A DNA stretch of 64,000 nt from Lingula anatina. Taxonomy: Eukaryota; Animalia; Brachiopoda. Position 1 is the first letter of the stretch; the number at the start of each line of letters is the position of its first letter. A program made the translations under genes and the position numbers. Positions 17,655 to 31,600 of the stretch are shown piece by piece. The stretch spans positions 33,251,967 to 33,315,966 of the forward strand of contig CM120640.1 in assembly GCA_051362555.1 (NCBI GenBank), read 5' to 3'. The notes beneath the pieces were generated by a model. That model saw only the letters and a list, made by a program, of their open reading frames with translations. It did no database searches and was not told where the DNA came from.

Positions 17655-19438
17655 TTGTGCAATGTTACAGTATAGCTCAGATGTTGTGTACCTGTACACT
17701 CATGTATCTAAGACCAATTTGTTTTGTGGTGAGCCAGTTTATTATTATTATTCCTAATGTATTTGAGATTTTTAACAAATTGCAATGTTTCAAAAGTTCA
17801 GGGTTGTGGTAGACTCAAAATAACCAAGATTTTTTAAAAGTGTTTTCTGCCCACAGTCATAAGAAAATGAAGTGATGATTGTTTATCTAGTCACATGGTA
17901 TTCATATTAACTCATTCATTAACTTTATCAACCTGTCTTAAATGATATTTAGACATTTATATTTCACTTTTTTGTTTAACATATCCTTGATATTTTCAAG
18001 CTTATTCTTCTCTTTATAATAATAATTTATTTTTATATGGCGCATTTCATTTAAAATAGCAATGCGCCTTGCAATCTAAGAGCTAAATATTACAATTAAT
18101 AAAGATTTAACAATACGAAGTTGAGAGCTAAAAACGCCAAATTTTAGTCTTGATTATAAAATTACACATAGCTAATCAAAAACTTAATTTTTTAATTTTA
18201 AGATTACTCTGAAGGCTAAAGATCTAAAAGAATAAAAACTGTTTGATCATTAATGATGCACTGTTCTTGAAATAATATTATAAGCCTTTAAAAGTCTCTT
18301 GAAATTTTCTAACATGCTGTATAATAACTTAACACCTAGCAACACCAGGCATTGTTTGATTATCTTCTCAAGTTCAGTGCGTTCCTGCATAATTACTTAT
18401 ATGTATTATTTGTTGAGGGTTGTAGTTCAAATAAAATATTTTACAATATCATGTCTTTTTGTCCTTTAATAACAGCCTGGAGAAAAAAAAGGGGGAGGGG
18501 GGAAATTTTGCTTTACAAAAGTCATATTTAGACTGCTGTTGTGAATGTGACCTAATAGTCCTCCATAAGAAGTTGATATGTGGCAATTTCTACAACCGGG
18601 GTTGGGTGTGCATGGGAGGCTCTGCAGAGTTTCATTTAGTAAATGGGGAAAATCCACGCCACCATTCTCGGGTGAAAGCTGACTATAATCATATGAAAAA
18701 AAAAAAACTTCATTCATTTCTATTGAAATTAACATGGTTGATGAAATCTAACTTTGTGAGTCAATTTAAGCAGTAATTTAAATTAACTGGTAAATTGATG
18801 TGTAAAAAAAAAGTTTTGCAACAGAAACCGCTACAATAAGTAAATTGGTACAATAATATTTATTAACCAAATGTAAGAGCTTTCACAACAATCCCTATAA
18901 CTGTCATGCATGTATGAATATAAAGAGGCTACCCATTTATCAAGTTTCAGCATAAGCACATTTTCAAAATGAGATGTGATTATCTTTATGGATGATGTGA
19001 TCCACTGTGCTAATATAATTATAGTGCAAAGATATATTTAGCTGTGCCTGAAATATTGTTTCCTTAATGAATTATCATTTTAACTGATACAAACAAAAAT
19101 CTAGGTAAAACTTAGTAAGATTTCTGTATTTTTGTACATTAAAAATCCCCTTCATTTGACACAGACAAACAGATTTCCCAATAATTCTCCACATACAATC
19201 ATTTTAATTCAAACCTGTTTTCAGTTTTAATTCTCTTTAAACCAACAAAATGGAGTAGCAGCAAAGGTGGGTAGGCGAATGGAAATTCCTGTGGTAAGTC
19301 AAGGTGAATTCACTCCATGAAATAAGTATCCAAAGTTTTCTTTCAACACAAAATTAAGAACAAACATTTTAGTCAGAGAAAATGACATCCCTATTATGTG
19401 AACAACATTGGGATTGTGACCTTGACTAAGTTAGTCCT

Positions 19439-22400
19439 TTATTTTTTAGCCTTTCCTTGAGCTGCCACCTTCTCCAAAGCAGCTTTGATTTCCTCGTCAC
19501 TAGCCATATAGTAGTGCTTGATTGGGGTCAGGTCCCCGTTGAGCTCATACACCAAAGGAATACCTACAGAAGAGAATGCATTTAGTAATAACAAAAGACA
19601 AGGATTGAAAAAATTGTTGACAGAAGACCTCACATAACCAGACACTCTCCTATAATATATTTGATTTATAGGTCCCAATCCCTTTTAACAACAAAAAAAT
19701 GATATACCTGTATAATAGGCTTTACATATAACTGATAAAAATAGCTGACCCAATTACTATGTGTATACAAGGTGTGCTGAAGCAGACATATAAAACAAGT
19801 CCCCATCTTCAAATTTTATTCTAAAAAAGTATCTATTATAATTCAATGACATTTCGCTTATTACTACTTCATGATTTTGCCTCTGGATCATATAAGTCTT
19901 GACAACAATGCCTGCAATACCCCTGCAGTGATTAAATTAATTTTTTTTCAAAAATGCAATGTCAAAATAAAATACATAGAGGCTTAAATAGTAATTTAGT
20001 CAGTAAGTTGATTAAGCTGGCTTCTTCACTTGCATGTTGCTATAAGTCTCTGTTTTTCATTACAATATAGCACGTCTTGTCATCTACAAGGAATGTATCT
20101 TCCTAGAAGCTCTAATGTCGACATTACATTTGCCTTCAGTGACAATTCAAAAACCATGCACTTGTCTTGCCAGGCCTCAATGCTGTGATTACTAGCAGAG
20201 TATTGTAAATGTGATCAAGTTTCTTTATTTATTTGGACACACATTACCCATGATGTTCTTTTTCAACTTAATTGCATGGAATGTGCCCCTCCCCCTGCAA
20301 TTACCAACTGAAAGTCTGACTGTATGAAGTGTATTAAAAAATAAAAAGACCAAGATGCTATCAAAACTAAAAATAAACACCTTTTTTGTATTCAATACCA
20401 CATGGCTTTCATAAAGGCAATTGGGTTTAAGCTTTTTGTTCCACAGGTAACATCATGAAGTTGTATAAAGAAATCTTGTTGAATTATACTTTTTGAGGAG
20501 AATTTAAAAATGATAGGAACTTTCTATGCACCCAGTATATACTCTTCAGATTGAGCATGATGGATGTCAAAAACTACCTCTGTAGATTTAAAATCACAAA
20601 AAAAAGTTGTATGATGATAAAAGAGTTACAAATAAGAAAAGGGTATTGCTGAAGTTAAGTTTTCTAAATGATAAGTGAAGCAACATCAAAATAAATGTAG
20701 GTACTGCCAAAATTCTATGCAGCAAATATCTTTCATTTCTAAAAACTTGGCACAGTAATCAATGTATGGTTGTTTTGAAAACAAAACGTCCATTCTAAAC
20801 TACATAGAAGTTGATAATTACTTGATCACTATGCTTGACACTCAAGAATATAAGGTGAAAGCAAAGCAAAATTCTAGGCAACAATGAGTCAATGAAAAAT
20901 TAAATGATGAAAACATTCTGGACTATATAGATACTGTAGATAAATGAAAACAATATAAAGAAAAATCAAAATGCATGCTCATTAAATAAAACCAGCAATC
21001 AAGCTTTTTGGGTCTGGGTGATTGTTATTCTACAAATTACATCTTAAGCTCAATATATTTTTTATTTGATCCTATTTAAACATTTGATTTTATTACAGTA
21101 AAATGAAAACTTTATAATCTGACTTACTTTATTACATATAATCACGATTCTTGTTTAACTTATAAAATGAGATGAGTGGGGAGGTAACTAGAGATTTAAT
21201 TTTCTTGTTTTTATTCTATTGTAAAAAAATCACATTTTCAAAGATTAAAAAAAATTAAAAACCCTTAAATGAATTCAATTATGTTCTCTCTTTCCCCTAT
21301 AAAATACACTTAAAGTTCAACATTCCCATGGCATTCAAAATGCTTAAACCATTATATGTGCCACACCATGCACAAGCAAGCTACAGGGATTGGTGCAACA
21401 CAGACAATTCATCCACATGCAAGAAGCAAGTCACCATGCGTTTTACAAACAGATATCCCAAGAAAATGTATATACCAAGAGACCCTTTTTCCCCATAGAT
21501 GAAATGAGAGATATTAATTTGTAGACAGCGTGTCTAAGATTTGAAGTGAAAGATTGTTATAGCATACTACAGGTCCAAAAGCCTAATTTTAGATTGTGTA
21601 TTACCAGGAAGGTAGGATTGCTCCAACTCCTCCTGTAAAAAAGCATTTGGTTGATAGTCTGTAATGAAATAAAGAAAACACTGGTAATGAGAATGATTAT
21701 AAAATTTCGGCAGTTTTTATTCATGGGTCAGTTTCTCGGGGATTTTCAATTGGCAAAAAATTAATTAACACTGCAATATTTATGATTTAAAGAGGTTAGA
21801 ATTAAAGTGACATTCTAAAGTCATTAAAATCATTCAAAATCAGGGGCGAGAAATACACTTTCATCGCTTTAAAATGCTGCTTAATAACCAAGTCATTTCC
21901 CGAAACAATTTAAATGCAAATAATGTATTGTTTGAAATTCAGCTTTTGGTGAGTGGTTTATTAATTACATATATATGCATGATGATTATACTTCAACAAA
22001 TGAGAAACAGAAAAGCACAAAGCTCCCCATGCCTTGGGTGCACCATGCTGAAGAAAGAGTGAAATAGCTGTGAACTGTGCATTTAACAATAAAAATAATG
22101 GAAGCAAAAGCAAACTACAAGCAAATTTGATTATGGTTTAGTAATCAATATTTGAAAGGGGCCAAGAAATTGTCCACACTTAAACTTTTTTTTTACAACA
22201 TATGATTTACATCATATGACTGGCTCTTTGTAATGACCATTTTTCAAAATATATATATCTGTCACTTGAGAGGGAAAATAAAGCAATTCCATTACCCTTT
22301 TAACTTGAAAACTTGTAAGAAAATCTTCATAAGGAATTGCCTACTACTGATATATCACATATGATAATTTATCATAACTTGAAAGTAAACCCCTAATTTC

Positions 22401-25400
22401 TGGTAAGCATCCAAATGTCCAACTTTCAACAAGTTCAAAACCATTTCACAATGAAATGCAGGGTATCTAAGAGTACATACCACAATGGTTTAAAAGCAAG
22501 CCTGAAATAACAGCTCACTAGAAAGGCACAAAACCTCCAGGGAGGAAGACAGCAGCTACTGACAATGAAGTCTGACAGATCATCCACAAAAAGCATATAA
22601 AATATGATGATGAAGTATTCTTTTGCTAACCTGTAGGTATATTGAGTTCAACAATTTCAGAATCTGAAACACTGTCCAAGTACTTGACCAGTGCTCTCAG
22701 GCTGTTTCCATGGGCAGAGATGAGGACACGTTGGCCAGACTACAAACAAGAAAATTACAATAATAATTTCTCAACTGAAATGATCTTGCAGGCAAACAAA
22801 CACTGATTAAACGGTATGCAGAATGTTTAATACTGAAAAGTTAAGACAATATTGATTTAGCAATTTATGCTGACTTAACATACTGAAACTAAACATCATT
22901 TCAAAATGCCTTATAGAATATCATCAACTTCATTTGTGTGCTATAGTTCTCCTGGGCTGGGTTGGATGAAAGGCGTATAGCACTATACGCCAGATAAATC
23001 AGCTGTGTAAATTATAATTTCTCCAATCGACTAGCAGCCTAAAATACAGTTTCACTATCACATAGGAAAAATATACTTTGAACTCCTATTGCTCTCTTCA
23101 CCACTACTGTAGCAGGTAATTGAGTTATACAGTAAGTTTAAGTATCCTATAGGTCAAATTTTTATAATAATATAGTTTTGTAAATTTTTAATGTAATGCA
23201 CTTACTTTAATGGCTGGAACAATAACATCGTACCAGTATGGAAGTACTCTCTCTACAGTATCCTTCAAGCATTCTGTGGTGGGAATTAGACGCTTGTCCA
23301 TATCCTGAAATACAAACAATGTGTGTATGTGTATTTATTAAATGAGTACATCAATTTACTAAGTCTATTTGGCAACACAAATTTCTTTCATTTTTTTCTA
23401 AAAAATCAATGTCTGGACACAAGTTAAAATAGACCTTCAGAAATAAGGAAAGCAGAAAATAAAAAATTCAAATAAGAAATGAAATAAAATCGGCGAAAAG
23501 CAGGAATTCCATTGCAAAATAACAGCAAAAATATGAATCGCTTTATATCATAAGGTATGCATGAGTAATTTTCCTGTATAGCATCTTTTTTATCACCGAG
23601 AGAATTCCATGTAGAAGAATTGTTTATTCAAACTGTAAGATCCCTACTTGATATCTGCGGTCATGACCAGGCCAGCGGGGATCAGACACTTCCAACTGTG
23701 GTGGAGGAGTATCATAGGACCTACGCCAGATCTAAAAGAGAAAATGAAAATAAGTGGCACACAAATATTATGACTCTTAGTGCTTTTTCCAGATAAAAGA
23801 CATGAGTGCTTCAAAAAAGACTTAACACTTTATGCCCTATAATATTTGACCAATAATAATTTTAAAAAAAATGAGAGAATGAAAGTTTTGAATGAAACAA
23901 AAAGCCAAGGGATTTCATTAACCCATTTCTTACCTTGACTTGTTCTTCAGAATGTTTGACAGCTGTTTCAGATTTGTTAAGACCTTGTAATGCACCATAG
24001 TGCCTTTCATTGAGTCTCCAGTGTTTGTGAACTGGGATCCAATGAAGATCCAACTCATCTAGTACGATGTTCAAAGTTTTCACGGCTCGTTTCAATACAC
24101 TGGTAAAGGCTACGTCAAAAGTATAGCCAGCCTCTTTTAACATCTGAAAATCAATCAGTGTTGAGACAGTTTAAAAGTTAATTATTCTGAAAAGTGAGAA
24201 TGATTGGTTGTACAATGTGTGAAAATCTTAACAATTTTTCTTGTAATATTCATTCTATTGATAACACATCAAATGTGGGTCATTTCAAAAATTATTTTTA
24301 GGTTATTTTTTCTACAAACACAATATTTTTCTTTGTACCAGATTACAGGATTAAACTGGTATTTTATTATGAACAACTTTTATGGATAAAAAGTTAAGTT
24401 TAGGAAGGACATTCATAAAGGATATAAATAGGGACAATCCTGTTTTGATAAGTAAAAATTCAATTTTAGCAAATAAAAAACAAAGGTTAAAATGAGCTCT
24501 TTTTGATGTTTTCATGGCTAATATATTGAAACAGAAAATTTAATTCTTGAACAACAAATAACACAGAGCATAAAATAAAACTTCTGCACCTATTGACGCC
24601 ACTGTAATCATATATTTAATAATCATCTTTGTAATACAAATAGCACACATTTAAATCTGCTTTTTATGTCGTACATTAGTTCTTGGTGAACTTCCTTCAT
24701 CAGCATGGTGTTTCTTTTTCTCAACTTTTATGTTTGGGATGGTGATGTTTTACCTTTGTTATACAAATAGCATATATTTGAATCTGCTCTTTATGTTGTA
24801 CTTTACTTCTTGGTGAACTCTATTAAACAGCATGGTGTCTTTTTTCTCAACTTTAACATTTGCAAGATAATAATGTTTTAACCTTTGTTATACAAATAGC
24901 ATATATTTGAAACTGCTTTTTATGTTGCACATTAGTTCATGGTGAACTACATTTATCAGCATGGTGGTTTTTTTGTCCAGCATTTGCATGATTGTCCAAT
25001 TTAATTTAAAAAATAAAATAAAATACAGTAACTATACTATTCCAAGCAAGACATTTGATTTTTTTTTTTTTTGTATTTCACAAATTTTTATTATTAGTTT
25101 ATTTTAAATTAACCATTTTTTTTTTCAAGTGGCCCATATAATATAATATTCCAGTTGCAATCCCGACGTTATAAGTTCATTCTGACATTTCATGCGAATC
25201 TTCATCATTCTCTGAGATAAAATTTGCAAGTCCATAATCACTGGCTAAGTGCAAACAATGGGATGGGGATTACGGATATGTAACATTCCACTCGCATTCA
25301 TCATTCTGCAAGTAACACTAGAATAAATCATTAATGTACTGTATGCCACAAAAAGAAAAAAACCAACTTCACCTTTGCTCCTGCTATAGCTTCACCGACG

Positions 25401-25501
25401 CCGAAATCAGACAAGTCGACATCAGTCCAGCCGGTAAATCTGTTCTCCTTGTTCCAGACGCTCTCTCCATGTCGCACTAGAACAATTTTATAGTTTGCCA
25501 T
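19439..25501 (-). CDS. PGAM: 2,3-BPG-dependent phosphoglycerate mutase (dPGM, PGAM/gpmA family), 6 constitutive coding exons
   Basis: Exons 25373-25501, 23934-24143, 23648-23731, 23206-23304, 22631-22739, 19439-19563. Motifs LVRHGES (phospho-His), [45 protein letters not shown] and C-terminal VAAQGKAKK. Confidence 0.96.
21605..21658 (-). CDS. Candidate 54-nt symmetric cassette exon in PGAM intron 5
   Basis: tgttttctttatttcattacag|54 nt|gtaata, phase 1/1 matching the host intron, stop-free ([18 protein letters not shown]). Confidence 0.5.
24634..24970. repeat. About 3 copies of a ~128-bp tandem repeat in PGAM intron 1
   Basis: Units begin atacaaatagca at ~24634, 24761 and 24890, each with ttttatgt..tggtgaact..cagcatggtg. 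Confidence 0.8.
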
Positions 25502-25683
25502 TCCAAATTCCCTCAATCTACTCGAGCAGGAGAGTTGTTTGAAGGTTAGCAGCTTGACCTTGATTTTCGCCGGCAAGGTGAAACGAACCTCCAGTTGGCG
25601 AGAGTGAATGCTAACTTGCATGCGTGGTGTCGCCTCTAACACAATATCAAGACCAAGACTTCCTCTTCCACGAGAGAAGCAAG
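25502..25683. promoter_or_regulatory. Bidirectional promoter for PGAM and SRP72 (182 bp between the start codons)
   Basis: Divergent ATGs at 25501 (-) and 25684 (+); CpG-richer than the flanks; TGACCTTGA (ERRE) at 25555-25563. Confidence 0.8.
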
Positions 25684-28600
25684 ATGTCTCAACAGCCGGC
25701 GAATGTGGCAACTTTGTTTGCCGATTTGCATAAATTTGGGCAAAACCAGGATTATGAGAAAGCACTTAAGACTGCAAACAAAAGTAAGTACACAGTCTTG
25801 GGTAAGAAAAAGCTTCCTCTTCGGTCATTATAGTGAACTAAAATTAGGGGTGCCAAAAATCAACAGCCATATTGTTCTCTATTACCACTAATGCTAGCAA
25901 ATAGAGCCATTTCTTTTGTTATGGTATCCATTTAAAGCCCTTCAATCCATTAGTATTTGGATTAAGAGTGTCAGTTTTTATGAAGATTTGAGATTTTAAA
26001 TGCTTTCAATTTCTCGACAGTTCTCCAAGAACTTCCAGATGATGTCACTGCGTTCCACTGCAAAATTGTATGCCTGGTTCACCTCGGGGAATTTGAAGAC
26101 GCTCTCAAGAAAATAACATCCAGTAAACATCAGGGGTAATTTCATTACACTTTCAAGACTACTGAAGCAGACATTGTAAAGATTGTTTTTTGAAAGAATA
26201 ATCCTGATATTATCTGATAATAAATTAATTTATATATTAATTAATTTATAAATTATAATAAATTGTCTCGGCATGTGAATTAAATAGTTTTAGAATGGTT
26301 TTGCAACATTTGGTATCATTGCAACCATGGACCAATGGAGACAGTATGTTCACTTTAAAAGGCAATTAAATACAGAGAAATTGCAACTTTCCAGAGAACT
26401 CGTCTTTGAGAAAGCCTATTGCCAGTACCGTTTAAACAAGACCAGTGATGCTCTGGTAACACTGAGGGAGATTGAAGATCCAGACGTCAGGGTTCAGGAG
26501 TTGATGGCACAAGTGGTAAGTGCTCACTGCCTTGGGATCTCTGCTCAAATTTATAGGGTACTTTTATTTATGTCTTCAGGAAGAGATTAAAAGTATTCTC
26601 TAATTAAATGCCCTGTCAGAATGCAGGTTAAATGTAAATGAGCTATTGTTGGCTGTACCAAAAAATATTGATGGATTTCCAGCTCATCATTTTTACCCAT
26701 TGTAATGATTGTTGCATACATAACTACTCAAAGTGCTGTGTACAACATCACGTGTGACCTCCTCATATAGTCAGAACATTCAACCTCAGAATACATGCGA
26801 TTTCACTATCTCTATAAAATATGGAAAATAAAAGAAAATAAGGAAAAATGTGAAAGTCATACATAAGGACTATTTCTTTGGGGATCTGACTGAGTCATGT
26901 TTAATAAGTTATCAAATAGAATTTTGCCCGGTGCTAGCATTGTTAGGTCGTTTGAAATAAATGTAATGGTGTGGATATGTTTATTGTTGCTGCTGAGATG
27001 CATGAGTCTTTTTGTTTAAAGTCTTCAAGAGCAAATTGACAAAGAAAACTTTAATGCAGTGGATTTAATTCGTATTATAAGGTTTGGCAATTATCTTTAA
27101 AATTTAAATTTTATTTTCAGCTGTACAGATTGGAGAATTATGAGGAATGTTACTCACTGTACAAGAATTTGGTTAAGAATTCAGAGGTAAGTTTACTAGT
27201 TAATGATGTTATTATTAAGTTAAAAACTCAATTTGATAACAATTAGGGTAATCTTTTTGGCTGAACTTTACATTGTAACTCACACTTTAGTCTGGATATT
27301 GTATCTTTTTATTTCAAGGATGACTTTGAGCAAGAACGGTACACCAATTTCTCAGCAGTTATGGCTGCATTGCAGATATCAGGAACACAAGATGTGGTAT
27401 GGGACTTCTTTATACTCTGTTTATAAGATAACTAATGAATGCTTTTTAAAGCTTCAAATATTTAATGGCATTGTTAAACACTACAACAATTTTACTACAT
27501 TAAGTGAGATTTAAACTTGTTTTTGCCTCTTTTAAGTTTATTGTTATTTTAATGTTTTAATAATTTGATGTTACATAGGAAGACCTAGGACTGGAAGAAG
27601 ATAGTTATGAACTTTTGTACAACAGTGCTTGTCTCCATTTAGCCAAAGGATTGTACAAAAAGGCAGAGGATAAGCTCAGGAAGGCAGAAGGTACAGTAAA
27701 TAACATACTTTAGGAAGAAGAGTTAAATTAACATTTCCTGAATTGGTATTTATCCAGGAACATCTATATAATACAAGCTTTTTTGTATCTTTGTAGAAAT
27801 GTGTAGACAGACTTTTTCTGAGGATGCTGATGCTACTGAGGAAGAGCTAGAAGATGAATTAGCTATCATAAGGTGAGTAAGAATTTGTGTTGGTACAGCT
27901 GAAATTGGTGTTTCATTTCAGGTTCTGGCCGGTCTAAACAAAGGTTGACAACAAACCCATCAGCGCAGTTTTTTAATGACCTGTAGCCAGCAGGCTTGTG
28001 AAGTAAAAGTTTATGCAGGGAAGATGTTCAGATTGATCAGTATGCAATTATCTATTATTTTTCTGAACTTAATGATTATCTTAATGGCTGTTTATTATTT
28101 TTAGGGTGCAGCTAGGGTATGCATTACAGATGCAAGGAAGAACAGAGGAAGCCTTGAAGCTTTACAACCTGGTTGTAAAACAAAAGTAAGTGAAGATAAT
28201 TGATTTTGTACAGTGGTTGATACATGTGCTTACTTTTATATACACACTTGAAATCAGGTTGTATGTGAAAAATAAAATTATTGTTTTTAAGTTGTTTAAT
28301 AATATCCTTCAAAATCAAATGAAATAAAAATTAAAATGCCTTTTTCAGACCCTCTGATGCTGCCTTGACTGCTGTAGCATCAAACAATGTTGTCAGTCTC
28401 AACAAGGTGGGTTGATTATGAATTTTAAGACACTGTGTTTATAACTTTTTAGCATCAAACAATTCCTTACTATGGAGCAGTTTATTCAGTACCAAAGTTT
28501 TCATTTAAGATTATAAGATTTAACATTGCATTCATCCATGAGTTTTTTTCGCAGCATTTAGTATATCTTACAGTAATCATTTAGAGTTTTGTCAGTATTC

Positions 28601-31600
28601 ATTGATGCAAATGCATTGGAATGGCAATAATTATTATATGTGTATTTATTTTATTTTATTAATACTATTATTATTTTATTCTTATAATTTTGTATCAAAA
28701 ATTAAACAAATTTTGATTAAATCTTTTCAATATTTGACTTTCAGGACCAGAATGTATTTGATTCCAAGAAGAAGATGAAAACTGCTACATCAGAAGGAGT
28801 ACAACAGAAGCTTACTTCAGCTCAAAAACAAGCTATTCAGCTGAACCAGTGCTTGCTTCTCATGTATACCAATCAGGTAGGAGAAATCAGTGAAAGAAGG
28901 CAAAAGTAGTTTGTAAGGAGCGAAAGTAACACATACACATTTAACTTTGCCTTAAAAGCTGCACACAGACATGTATTATGTATATAATTGATTCTGTATC
29001 AGTGTCACCCCTACAGTTGAATCCTGATTAAGCTTATTAGGTTCAGAATTGCCATATGGATTTTATGTGTTGATAAACCAATTGTTATATTTTGTAACTG
29101 TCATTATGACTTTTCACATTTATGCTTGTATTTGTGATAGTATATGTGGGAGTTTTTTTGAGGATTCTTCAAGTCTGCAGTTGAGAATATTTGGTAAATT
29201 TCTTTGGTAAGGATAATATGGCATTCTGGTTGCTGTTTTTTCAAAAGTAAAGAAGTTAAACAATTGTCAGCTTGATTACAGAGAACTTAATTACCCTCTG
29301 TAATTTACTGTGTTTTCCCATAGGGTGAGCAGTGCCGTAAGAGTGCTAAAGCTCTGCAAGCCATGCACCCAGAGAGTGACAAACCTAGTCTGATCATAGC
29401 AGCTCAGTGTGTCAAGGATAAGCAGATCCCCAAAGCTGTAGAGGCTTTACAGGTGAGAAGAATTTTGTGGGAAATATTTACTATCTTAAGCCTGTTACAA
29501 ACAACATTCTACATTTAGTTATCATTGACAGTTACAGTCAATGAATTAAGAATTGGTGAAATATAGCTGAAGTGGCAAGGTTTACTAAATATGTGTATGA
29601 TTCTTTACGTTGAATAGAAATGACATTATTTAGTTGTCCATTTGATATCAAGCACAATCTTGTTGAAATGATAATTCTATAAATGAATAATTTATAGAGT
29701 AAACTGTTCACAGTAAAAAAAAAACTGCTTAAGAGTTGAACCTAATAGAATCTGCGATAAAGATGAAAATGAATTCTCTCTATACCCCTGTTTGGCTGTG
29801 CCGTACCTTTTGTACCAACTGAATTAACCAAATCTCCATTGTTTTCTATATAAAAGGAGCATGTGTCCAGCCATCCAGAGCAGTCTGTGAGTATCAAGTT
29901 GACCCTGGCCCAGCTGAACCTTCTCCAGGGGATGGTCTACCCAGCCTGTGAGAACCTCAGGGCACTGGGAGAACACAGCTTCAGACCAGGAGTGGTATGG
30001 AACTAGATCTTACATTGATTTCCATTGTAACTGGGATACAATGAAAATGCTTATATTGTGTTTTAGGTAATGATGATAAGAAAAATTATATAACTTGAAA
30101 GAGACTAAACATGTTTCATTGATATCACCTTGATGTGTTTATCCTTTTGTAAAAATTGTTTTTATGAAGATGGATGTGTAAATGATTGCGTGTTCTTATG
30201 TTTTTTACAGGTCTCTGCTTTGGTCAGCTTGTACTTGAAAGAAGAAGACAGAGCCTCAGCCTCAGAGGTGCTGAACCAGGCTGTTGATTGGTGGAAGAAA
30301 AATAATGTGAGTTTGATATTCCACCCCCTCCCGCCCCAAAAAATACAGAGAAAATTGAAAACATGAGTTCTTTTAGGAAAGCAAGTTAAACTTAGTACCT
30401 CTTTGCTAGGTAATTTTTAGCATTTTTTTGTTCTTATATGGCTTAAGAAAGGAGTATTTGTATTTAGGTGATGCATGTTCAAATGAAACGTTAATTGACC
30501 TGTTGTTAATAAAATAATGTAATTTTTACAACATTTTAGCCAAACTCCGAAGAGACTGCTACTTTGATGACATCCAATGCCAACTTCCAGCTGCGATATG
30601 GCAGTGCAGAAATGGCTGCTAAATTGTTGGAAGAGCTAAGAAAGTAAGAATGGCATTATGTTTACCATTCAACTGTTATTTCAGTTTAAAATGATTATTT
30701 AAGTTAAATAAACAATATTTTCATGTTCTTTGAAAGTTAACCTCTTTGATATACTTTTCCAGACAAAAACCGAAGGACAGCAAGATATTAGCCCAGCTTA
30801 TCAGTGCTTACTCTAAGTTTAACCCTGCCAAAGCACAGGAGTATCCTTTTCCGTTTTCAGTGTCTAGAAAAAATGAGCATATCCCTTAGATGTTCAAAGC
30901 AAATTTATTTTAGGATATTTTTGCATTAATGCACAGGGCATTATATCTGTGGTTTAAGAGAATATTGCACAAATGCTTTTTCTCAGTTTGATAATTATTG
31001 TGATCATTTGTAGAAAGATTTTATAAAGGGCATAAATATATTATACTATTAATACAAAACAACAAGCAATTTAGAAAGTCTGTATAATATGATTCACCTA
31101 AGAAGTATTGTTAAAACTTAACCACTCCCTAGACTTAGCAAATCCCTACCCTCAGCATCGGAGATTGCCCAGGAATTGGATGTAGAAGCTTTGGAAAAGT
31201 CCATCAATGTCATGGGACCTAAGTACATTAAAAAGTCGACCAAGGTGGAGTCGCCTAGACCGTAAGTCTTTATTAGATGTCTTTATTACTTTACATTATA
31301 AAAATAAGATGACTAACCTTACAGTACAAGGGTCATGCAAAACATGTAGGTATAATAATTGCTGTTATAGAAACTTAGTCTTGCTCATGTTTTATTTTAC
31401 CCCTCAACAGTTCGCTATTCACTGCCACATTTGGCTGTAGTAGTACTTTTATTCTCAATGGCATTTCTATTCTAGTAATATATTTTCACTTACATCTGCA
31501 GCAGACAGAAAATTACTTGACCAATTAGTCATCAAATGTTTATATTTACAGTGGCACTGACGATGAGTTGCTTCAGAAGAAAAGAAAGAAAAAACACAAG

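Noticed and set aside
22481-22571. Second possible cassette exon in PGAM intron 5
   Set aside because: It is 91 nt (frameshifting), has a weak acceptor and would leave a 59-nt intron.
24634-24970. CRISPR-like appearance of regularly spaced repeats
   Set aside because: Whole units are homologous with no unique spacers, the context is a eukaryotic intron and there are no cas genes.
25331-25765. 144-aa ORF suggesting an N-terminally extended PGAM that overlaps SRP72
   Set aside because: The extension starts at GTG inside SRP72 exon 1; homology begins at the ATG at 25501.
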